Positions 11,901-23,900 of a stretch of DNA of 64,000 nucleotides are shown here, piece after piece (position 1 is the stretch's first letter; each line of letters opens with the position of its first letter). Under the pieces are notes generated by a model. That model was given only the letters and a program-made list of their open reading frames with translations, had not been told where the DNA came from and made no database searches. The DNA is from Candidatus Onthoplasma faecipullorum (GTDB lineage: Bacteria; Bacillota; Clostridia; Christensenellales; UBA1242): NCBI GenBank assembly GCA_019120295.1, contig DWVI01000002.1:80869-144868 (forward strand), given 5' to 3'. A program made the translations under genes and the position numbers.

Positions 11901-14900
11901 TGCAAGTTCCAGACATTTCCACATTGATATCCACATTTTGATTATCAATATTTTCATTATCAAGTGAACCCAAACGAACAGATGATATAGATGTTTGAAT
12001 TGCTTCACCTACCAAACCGCCAATATATACATTTCCACTGTTTACACTCTCTGGAATTCTAAACGTAAATGTTGTCTTGCTGTTTGTTCTTCCAACGTAT
12101 GAAGAAGAAATCGTCATATTGGTTGTGTTTTCTTCGTTCTGATTATCAGAATTTATATCTCTTGTTGCACTACCGACCAAACCACCAACCATTACATCAT
12201 CTTTTGAATTAACGTTGAGCTTAACATTTAGATTTCCAACATATGAACAATTCAACACGTTACTGTTAGAGGCATTTCCAATAATTCCACCAAAACCAGA
12301 TATAGATGACCTTTCATTATTTGTTGTTGCAATCATGTTTGACTCGCCTGTTTTCGTTGTAACACTTAGATTGCTAAATAATGAGCCGTTATCCGATGAT
12401 GAAATCATACCAACCATATCAACTGTGTTATTAATAACTATTGCACCATTGTTATTAGAATTATTCCACTCAAACTTAATATTTCTTATTGTTGCATTTG
12501 TGGTTTGATTAAAGAAACCTGCATTACCTGTATTTCTTGCATCAATTGTTAACCCAGATAATATTGGAGTGCCTGAGCCATCTGCCATTTCACCAATTAA
12601 AACGCCTTGGAAGTTAATATCTAAAATGAAGTTACCTGATTGTTGATTACACCAATCGGTCATATCAATATTATTTACAATTTTAAAGTTACCAGTTTCA
12701 TTATTTATTATTTTATAAAAATCATCAGCAGTTGCAATTTCTATATAGTTGCTAACGCGTTTATTCAATAGTAATGGATAATATTTCGTGCTATCTAATG
12801 TCCAATACTCTTCACTCCAACCTGAGAACACTTCATAGAATATAGTTTCTTGTTGAATGTTTGTGCCATAAATATCAAACAAATCATCTAAATTGATATT
12901 GCTTGCTATGCTGGTCATACTATTAATAACCGATGAACTTTCACTTGAAAATTTATAATTTACAAGCCCAGCAAAGACATATGCAAGTGTTTCACTTTCA
13001 TTACTTGTTATATATTGTGTTCCATCTCTGTAATCGGCTGAAATATAATCAAACGTTGCATCTAACGGAATTATTTCGTCGTTATCTAAAAGAATTGTTG
13101 AGAATGTGAATTGTAAATCTGTATCTTGCGAAACAATATTATTTAATCTTAAAGCAATTGCTTCATATTCTGGATTGTTTCTTGAAATTACAGTGCCGAT
13201 TTGCCTTACACCATAAGCAGAACCAATTAAACCGCCAACACTTTCATAAATATCAGCATTATAATCAAGGTTTATGTAAGGCACCGCATATGAATATACA
13301 ACTGAACTTGCATAACTTGTACCAATTAAACCACCAACAACTTCACCTGTTCTAATGCTTGCTTTGCTATATGAAGAGTTGATTGTGGTGCCAATGCTTA
13401 TACCAACAAGTCCACCAACATAGCCGTAACCTTCAAGTAAATTTAAGTTTCCGTAATCTCCGTCTAAAACGGCTTCGCTACCATTTCGTAGGTCGGTAAC
13501 ATATTTACCGAATGCTGTGTCGTAATCGTATTGAGTGTCTTCTGGGGCGCTAACTTGTGAAGCGGTTATGCTTCCCCTTGCAACAGCAAATAGTCCACCA
13601 GTTGCACGTTGACCTAAAATTAGGTTATTTGTTCCAACAATAAACTTAACTCGAAGTGCATTAGTTTGATTGTTCATATAACCGGCAACACCACCAGCAT
13701 AGTCTGCTTGAATGTTTCCGTTTGCTTGCGACCTATCATACATTTCGGTACCCAAAACGTTAACATATGATAAGTTGAAATCAATGTTACTGCGTTCAAC
13801 AATATCAATAACACCAGCAACACCACCAGCGTATGATAAGTTTGTTAGATAATCTGAATAATTACCATATGGTAAAATTCCTGCGGCTCTCATTGTGTTG
13901 AAGTCGGCTTCGTTATAATACATATAGTAGTTATAATCAGTGTTAACCGCTTTAACGCTAAGATTTGTGTCTATACCGTAAATCATGCTACTACCGGTTA
14001 TAACACCAGCCAAACCACCAGCAAAGTTTCTACCTGCGATGGTTGTGCTAGAACCATTCAAACTTATGTTGATTATAGCACTATTGTTTATTCTACCAGC
14101 CAAACCACCCGAATATTGCACGCTTACCGAACTGAATTGGTCGTCTGTTAAAGTTGTTGAAACAAAATTCAAATTCAAGTTCTTAATATATGCGTTTTCA
14201 ACACGTGAGAATAGACCAATGTCTGTTGCGCTTGTTGCGTCTAAAACGTCTAGGTAAATTCCGCTTATGTTCATTCCGTTACCATCAATACTTGTAACGG
14301 CTCTGTTGTTTTCGTCACCGAGTGTGAAGTTTACTCTCGTTTGAATTGCACGCGAGTTAGAAGCAAAGTCAATGTCGTCGATAAATCTCACGTAACCAGT
14401 CATACTTCTATTTGTTTCGGTTGAATTACGTGTCATTATTTCGTTGAATTCGTCAACATTTCTAATAATATATGGGTTATTAGCGCTACCTTCGGCGTAA
14501 TTAATAGCATTTGTATAATTGTATGTCACATAATCTTCATTATCAGTAACATCAACTAAATATCTATAACTGTGTGCAACAATGTTTGTGTTTGTAAGTT
14601 CTGGCAAAACAACACTTACGTTACCAGAATAATATGTCCACACACCTTGGTTTCTTTCTGTTTGAGACGTTGAATTTATGAACACAAAACCGGTTAACTT
14701 ATCTGAGTCTATGAAATTCTCAGTATTAAGTGCAATTGCTTGTGCTTTGCCGTCTTGTTCCACAATTTCAGAATAATTATCTGAAATTAAGAAGTAAGAA
14801 TTTTCTATTTGACCGTCGGATAAAAGTGTTCCTGCTTCATCAACACCCACAAATGGTTGTTCGCTCACATCAAGTGAATTATTAGAACCATTTAATGTGC

Positions 14901-17900
14901 ACGCTGCGTAACATTCACTAATTATACCTGCCGAACTATTTTGATATACAAATCCAGCCATAAACGCACTGGTTGTGATAAGTTCGGTGTTAGCAAATGA
15001 ATTCGTGATTGTGCCTGAATTTACGTGTACAAATCCTGCAACATTACCATTTGTTGCTGCTCTAATATATGCACCTGTTGCGCTTGGAGAATTGTATGAA
15101 ATTGTATCTTCACGCGCTTTAACGTAACTATAATTGATTGTGCCACTGTTTGTGCCAACAAAACCTGCTGTGCGTGCCAAACTATTGGCTGTTGATAAGT
15201 TGATTAGGCTTGTGTTTGCCATGTATGAACTTGCAATCACGCCTGAGTTATTTCCAACGAAACCACCAGTTACACCAACAAAGCCGTTAGCCGTTTGAGT
15301 GTCAGTTGAAGTGTTATCACCAACCACAAACATCAATGCTTCACCAGAAACTGTGCGTTCGGTTTGAGTGTTTGCGTCTGCTTCAATTCGGGTGTAATTC
15401 ATTCTACCAACACGTGAATTTGTGATTGTTCCGTTGTTTTCACCAACCAATCCACCAAAGGTTAAATTTTGCATGCTAGCATCTGTAACTAAATTGATAG
15501 TTTTTGTGGTGTTAGATAAATTCATAACGTCGCAGTTATAAATTAGACCGCCATCGTTAACCGCCACCAAACCACCAAATGTTACATTATTTAAGCCTAC
15601 AAGCGACAATATTCCATTGTTATCTGAATTGAAACCGCTGTAATCTACAATGATATTTTTTAGAATGGTTTTTTCTTCTTGGTCATTACGAGTGTACGTT
15701 CCAATGCGAGCAAATAAACCATAATTTGTTTGTTCACTTGAAACGGCAAAACTATTTATTTTTATAACTCTATTGTTACCGTCAAAACTTGCAATAGCCA
15801 CATCAATTGGTTGAACAAGGTCGAGAGTTATATCATTCATAAGAATATAATCTGTGCCTTCAACGAGCCTTGTGTTACCTTCTTCGTCCACCATATCAGA
15901 CGCTGAATAGATAGGAATTGCATTTGTTTCGCTTGTGCTTGGAACAATAATCAAATTGAAACTTGCATCAATTGAATATGCGAGCGAATTTGTATTCATT
16001 GCACCAAATGTCAATTGATATTTGCCATCTTCTGCATTATACACATAACCATAGTGAACGCCAAATTCAATAGTGTTGTTGAATGTTTCTAAACCTGTGA
16101 ACACCAACTGATTATTCACAACCCTAACACTAAATTGTGGGTGATTTGTGCTTGCATCTTCTTCGTTGGTTGTTAAATTAACAACACTACCTGCAGAATT
16201 CACAAACCGGAATTGATTAACAAATGCTTCAACGTTTAGCACATCATTGTTTAACTCATCTTTAGTTGTAAAACCTGCTAATAATCTATTATATATGTAA
16301 TCATTTAAGTCTATTATGTCATTGCTTGTGTTAAATGCAAAGTCAATAGTGTTTGAATGGTTAATAACCAAATTCATAGTGTTGTTATTGAGATTTGCAA
16401 AATACAATTCATTTAACACCGCTCTTACTGGGTGGAAAATTAAACTTTCACTTCTTTCAGTTACAATAACCGACTCGTCAGTTGTTAGAGATTGACTGGC
16501 AGTTATTTTAAAACTTGTTGGAGTGTCAGGTTGAACATTGAATAACACTTGCATAGTGTATGAGCCGTCTGTATTTGGCAATAAGTCGGCATAATTTCCA
16601 TCAACTCTTGCTGTTACATAATTACTTATATAATAAGGGTCGCTATAAGTCGTGTCTGAAACATCATATATTATTCCGCGATTAACTGGTTCATAATATT
16701 CGGTTTCTGAATTGTAAGTGGCATCTGCACTTAATTTTACGTAATTGCCATTACTTAAAATGAACAAATAATCAAATTTATCATTAAATTCTTCTTCTGT
16801 TAACTTACCACCTGTGTAGGTATTAGACGAAGCAAGAGAATAATAAGCATCCCCACTTCCATAAGTAAATTTAGTTGTGTCATTTAAATACCATTCAAGG
16901 TTAACATTTGGTTGGCTGTTGAATTGATAACCATAAACACTAATATCCATTGTGTTTGAGTATGTGTCTTCTTGAATGATGTACTCATTGTCTCTTATTT
17001 CAATGCCGTCGTAACTTAGGCTTGCACCTGGAAGATAACGAGTTAATAGTTGTTTGGTTACACTTACAGTAGGATTTGCAGTGCTTCCTGTTTCAACTGT
17101 TAAGGTGGCGGAAATTGTGCTAGATAAACCGCTAAATCTATCAAGTTGTGTGTGAATATAAATCACACCATTATATGCTTCTCTACCGCTATTGTCTATG
17201 GTTGAAACCAATCTCAACTGAATACCTCCTTCAACTGGTTCAGCACCGGATAAAATGGTTTGATAACTCTTTGTGTCTGTGTTGTAAACCAACTGCTCAA
17301 AGTTAATTCTAACATCTCTATTTAGGCTTGGAACAAATAATGTTGAACTCGTTAAGGTTGCAGAAATAATATTAGAGTATGCTGGCTCTAAGTATATTAA
17401 CATCACACCACCCAATCCGCCAGGAGCGATAATTGATGTTTCGGTGCTACTGCTTGTTATTAAGTTGATGTAACTATTATTTGAACTAATATCTGTTGCT
17501 GTGTAATTTTCAATACGTGCTGAACTTAAAGTGGTTGGGGTGAGCGTTATAAGTAAACTATCACTCACTCCGCTATTGCTCCACGCACTAACAGTTAAGG
17601 TAAATTCAATTTCACTTGTGATGTATCTATAATTAAACTCGTCTTCAAGCGACATTGAAATTGTGTAATTATATCCAACAACTAAACCGCCAGACTCTAT
17701 CACCTGCCAAGCAAAATTATAGTCGAATAACTCTGCAAAATGGTCGACTTCAGTTATAGACATCAATCTATTTGCTTCACTTTCACCACTCGTAATATCA
17801 AAACTTAATGTTATGCTATCTTTATTATCGGTATCGTTATTTAGTGAAACAACGCCTTGTGAAATAGAGCATCCAATATCATATCTATTTTTTGGTGCAT

Positions 17901-20900
17901 CTTCTGCATCTAACACATAACCAGTGTACAAACTTGCATTGAAATTTAAGTTGCCTTCTGTGTTTATAATAAATCCGCTTTCATTAATTTCAACAGCCGT
18001 TGCAGATTTAAACACAATCACCCTTAAAACAACACTATCTATTTCAATTGTTTGGTCAACCCCACCAATTTGTGGATAAACATTTTCACCAAAATATCTA
18101 GTTAGATTAAATATTAATTTGATTGTAATGTTTTCGTCCCATCTGTTGCCGTCAAATTGAGCATTTTCTTGAATACCCAAACGAACAGTGTCAATGGCAA
18201 GTGTTGATTGAATATCTACTACGCTATTTGAAACTTGTTCAAATTCTACGCTAACAAATTCGTCCACTCTATCTAAGTCAAATAGAGTTGAACATTCTTG
18301 ACCTTGATAGATATTTTCAGGCTCTATTGAAATTAAATATGGATTGCTTCCAATAAATGTTGTCAATTCATAGTCTGCTGTGTCGTTTGCGTCGTTTATT
18401 TCTTCAATATTGTTTGCAGAAATATTTAAATCGGTTATACCAAGGTAAGTGTAGAACGCAATGTACGCTTCAACCGTGTCGTCAAACACTGAATATGCAC
18501 GAACAATTATTGGTGTGCCACCACTAACACCTGTGAACACGATTTGTTCATTATTAACAATATAAGCATAACTCATGCCCGAAACAATTTCATAATATAA
18601 TCCTGAACTTGCATCAATTGGAAGAACTGAAACATCAATTAATCCGTTTTCGTCCCCTGCACTACCAGTGTTAACCAAATTATAAGTGTTTAACCTAGCA
18701 TTGTTAAGTGGATTAGTTGAATTGTGATAGTTTATGATAGCAGAATGAGCAAATGTGATTTCGTTTGTGTCAATTTCCTTATCCACATAAATTGAATTAA
18801 TAGTAATAACATAACTTTCATTTATGTTTGCACTAATTTCACTTGGTCTAATAATCATTACAGGAACATTTTGTTCATTTAGCAAATATGGGAAATAATA
18901 ATTCAAACCTTGAATTTGAATGAAATTATTTCTAACAATCACACCTGCACTTTCGTAAGCGTAATTAGATTTTAAAGCGTCACCTTCATAAACATTAGTG
19001 TTATCTTTAATTATATTTATCCACTCTTCTTCATTGAATGTTAAGGTTATAAAGGTGCTTTGAAGATAGGTTAAAAGATTTTCGCCAATATTTTCACTCG
19101 CCTTAATATATCTATTATTTTCTTCTACATATAAATTTTCAAAATTTTGATTTACAACTAGGCTATTATCCACAACCGAAATGTAATCAGCATTTATATT
19201 ATAATAGGTATACGTAGCGTTAAATTGCTGAGCATCGGTTATTAGATATGCATTACTATCTGCATCAACACCAATAAGCCCTTCGCTAATTTCGGCTAAA
19301 ATTGCGTCTTCATTTAATGAATAGTAAGTTGTGCCTTCTTCGAACACACTTGTTTCGTCTAATTTTGTGAAAACTGTGTCATTAAGAATATAAAGACTAC
19401 TCTTTAACTCTTCAAAAGTTTCAGCGGTAACTATGACTTCACTTAACAAACTATCAACAGTTACTTCTGATAAAACGTTAACACTTGTTTCATCAAACAC
19501 ACCATTTGTTAAATCAATTTCAGTTGCTGTGTAATTTGCAATTGAATACATTGCAATATCAGTGTAAACAATATTAAAATCACTATTAGCGTTCGAATTT
19601 ATAGTTGCGCCTTCATAGTTTTGCACTTTACCTAAGAAATATGTGCTTGTTTCAGTTGCGTTTGAAGTTAAGTAAATTGTGCTAGTGTTGTTATTAACTG
19701 CGATGTTTACTTGCACAAATGAGTTAGAAATTGTGCTTGTTGCACCATTTACTAAGCCATAAACTTGGTCAATGCCACTAGATAATGTGTAGAAATCGGA
19801 CACAACGCCATTATTTTCTTCACCAGAAACAAAGTTTTGCAAACTTGCGTATTCAATCGTGTCGTTAGAAGAATTTGCAACAATACCCGCAACAACTCCT
19901 GCACCTTCAATTTTACCAACAGTTGTACGCGCGCTAGTAAATGTTGTGTTTGCACTTATAAATCTAACGTTTGTGATAGTGTAACCACTTGAACTTCCCA
20001 CAATACCTGCAAGGCTAATTCCTGTTGACGAAGATATTAAATCTAAACCTATAACTGTGCAACTATCAATGTATTTAACGTTAACATTTTCACCCGCTTC
20101 AAATATATTTACACCAACCACACCACCAACGTAACCAGTTGACGAATAGTTTGCATTGTTTTGAACTTCTATTGAACCGCCAATAAGTAGGTTTTTAATA
20201 ATACCGTTATAGTTTTCACCAGCAACGCCACCAACGTTGATAACAGCATTATTTGTATTACTATAAATGGTTAAGTTAGAAATAACATTAAACACAATGT
20301 TATTTAAACCATCTTTATCCACATAATTTCCACTTATTTCACCAGCATTTAGACCTGCAACTAAGCCAACATTTAAGCCATCAGCATTAGAATTAGAAGT
20401 TGTTAACACAACATTATCAAATTTAACGCACTCTGCATCTAAACTAATAACGCCATTATTGCTACCAACTAGTCCGCCAAAATATGTTGCAGTTGTTGAT
20501 GTGATGGTGGTTGTGCCATTAGTAACTAGTGAAACGCCACTGATTGTACCACTATTTACACCAGCAAGCGAACCAACATATAAATTTGTGCCATTATTCG
20601 TGTGAGAATACTCGGTTGCATATGATGTTATAAGGTCTAAATTAGAAATTTCAGCATCTGCACCAAGAATTGTAAATAATCCAGCGTAAGCATGGCCATC
20701 TCCGTCTAAAACAGGTGAAGGTAAGGTTAAACTAATTGAATATCTTACGCTTGAAACAATTTGATTATTTGAGCCAACTGTTTGGCGTGTTCCAGACAAT
20801 GTTCCGTTAAATTGAGATGCTAAAATTTGTCCGTTATTATCAGTTGTTCCGATAGGTGTGAAACTACCACTTAAAACTATATTATCACCTAACACATAAC

Positions 20901-23900
20901 TAGCATTTAGGTCATTATTTATGTAATTTAATTCTTCTTCACTTGATATAATGTAAGGGTTTTGCCTTGTTCCATCGCTAATCATAATGAACAAACTTGT
21001 TCCCCTATCTTCGCTGTATGTGTGAGTTTCGTCGTTGTACGCATCTTGTGGCACTATTACAAGTTTAAATAGTCCGCCACCTAAAAGTTTATCAGCACGA
21101 ATTCTAACCGTTCCCTCTTCATTAAATATAACATCTAATCTCTCGGTTTGAACAAGGTCTAATTTGATTTCACCATTTTCCATTATAATTTGACCGTTAT
21201 TATCTAGGTCAACTTGATACAACACATAAGTTAAATCACCAAAACGAAGGCGTCCGTCTTGTGGTTCAGTTGTGTTATATCTAGCCCTTGCGGTAAATGT
21301 TTCTTGGTCGTAGTCTCCGTCTGCAACGTCAATGAAAGACATATAGATGTAGTTACTATCCACACCTTCATTTACTATACTATTTCCTGAAACTACCACA
21401 CCTTCAACATATTCATAATCTGCAAAGTTTATAGTGATAGTTTGCGCAACATTTGAACTCTCGCCAAACCTTAACGCTTCAACAACGAGTGTTAAACTAT
21501 TATAGGTTGGAGTTCCATTTAATCTTACAACAATATTACCATTTAATATATCTTGTTCGTTTCCGTCGGTTAAAATGTAACCATTTTGGCTATTAGATAA
21601 ATCTAATTCTTCAAGCTCACCATTCCTATTTATTAAAACACTTATGTTATCGTAAGCATTCAATTGCCTATTAAATGACAATCTTAACTGTGATGCATGT
21701 TCAACGCTACCGCTAGTGAAGTTGACACCGCTTGAAGGAATTGCACTGCTTGCAGAAGATGCCACACTGATTTGTGCACTACTTGCATCTTCAAATTGTG
21801 AATTGATATAAGTTATATTTGTTTGGTCAGCAGTTAAACTGATTGATTGAATTGGGTCGTAGACCGCAAACTCCAACTGTATATTTTTTGTTGCTTCTTC
21901 AATTAAACCAGTAACAGAATTAGTTGTGTAATAATGAATGGTCAATGTTAAAACTTGCGTTCTACCACCGATGTTCGCAGTAAGTGAGAACACATTTCCT
22001 GACACCACATTATAAGTAATTGCACGTGTGCTGAAATTGCCTGTTGAATAATTTGTGTTGGTGCTAAGAGAAATATCACTAATAACTTGTGCAATATCAA
22101 CTATAGAACCAACCGCCCTACCTAGCACACTCACTTCAAGGTAACCATCTTTAACAACTGCAAAGTATTTTATATCTTCATTTTGTCCGTTAGTTTCGGC
22201 AAGTCCATTATCTTCAGGAATAATTTCCATGCCATTATTGTTAGATAAACTCATTGTAATGCTACTTTCATCTAATAAATACACACTACTTACAGCAAAT
22301 TCCGCGCCAACAGTTATGTTTTCGTCCCCTGCGCTGATGTTAATTTGAGAATTTTCCATTGATGCAACAGGAAGAATTTCCACTCTGTAAATATTGTAAA
22401 CATTTCCCTGTGCATCTCTAACGCTGCTTGCTTCAAGCACTACATTCGGATCATTAAGCGATATAGTGTTAGAACGATTGCTAAATAAAATCGCGTCATT
22501 GTTGCTATGTAAAGTTATTGTGCTTGCATCTAAAACTGTACCTGTATAGTACACTTGCACATAAAAACCGCTTGTTTCACGCGCATTTATCAACAAATTT
22601 GCATTTTGAATAGGATTTGTTAACACCTCATTTGAATAACCAGAATACACATTAATACTATCAGCAGTAATAACTTTGTTCAATATATAAGTTGCACTAA
22701 CGTAAGTTTCGTTAACAGTTTCACCTTCAAAATTGCTTGGTGAAGCGAGAACTTTAATTGAAATTCTTTGCTCTGTTGAAACGTTGTCATTAAATAATAT
22801 CCTAATTGTTTCACCACTGCGCAAACGTAAAGCACTTCCAACATGTTCTAATGAATTACCTGTAATATTCAAGTTGTTTAAACTTCCGTTTATACTTTCA
22901 ATTAACAAATAATCATTTGAAGAATTTTCTGGGAAAGCAGACAAAGTTAACTCTAAACCAGCGTAGTCAGCCCTTGTGCCATAAACTATTCCGTTAGCAG
23001 TGCCTCCATTTGCTATAGTTTCACCATTAATACGAATTGAAGTTGGCAAAATTTCCTTAGTTAGGGTTACTTGTTTTTCATAACGCGGTTCAGTTGACGT
23101 GAAATACTCTACGCCATTAAGTGTTAAAGCAAATCTAATTGTATTGGTTCTTATTTCAGCATCAATGGCGGTTATAAATATCACGCCATCTCTATTTTCA
23201 ACTATTAAACCGTTTATTGTTTCAGTTTCGTCAAAATCAATAAGTCTACCATCAACATAAACAGCAATCCCATATGAAATAGCATCGTCTATTGTCAATC
23301 TTTCGCTATTGTAGAAAGAAGAAAAATCATTATACTCTATTGTTATTTGGCTAGTGTTGTAATTTGAATTGCCAACATAAAGTGTCATATTATCGCCAAC
23401 ATCATTAGCCGTTCTACTATATTTAACGTCCGGCACATATAAAGATTGGTCAGTGTTTACAATTCTATCCACTATATACACGTCAAAATATGCGGAAATT
23501 TCTTCATTGTATAGTGAAGTCGCCTTAATTCTAACGATATATCTACTGTCAGTAAGCACGAAATCATTAGAGACTGTCAACACTCCACCAGCAGTTATGT
23601 TAACGCCAGCGGTTGACGAAGTTGCAACATACACATTTTGATTAGACGCACCGTCATAATTGTATGCACCCACTGAATCTATTGAATATCTAACGCCTGT
23701 TTGGTCAGTTTTATTTGCAGGTAAATATGTTAGATTGTTCACTTGCATCAATGCAAGTCCAACATTATCACCAATAACAACTGCTGGTTTAATAGATGTG
23801 TCCACTTCAATGCCAGTGATACTACGCGAAACACTTAAACCTATATTTGTTGTTTTTTGTGAATTGGTTTCATAAAATCTTAAATTTGATTTAACATTGT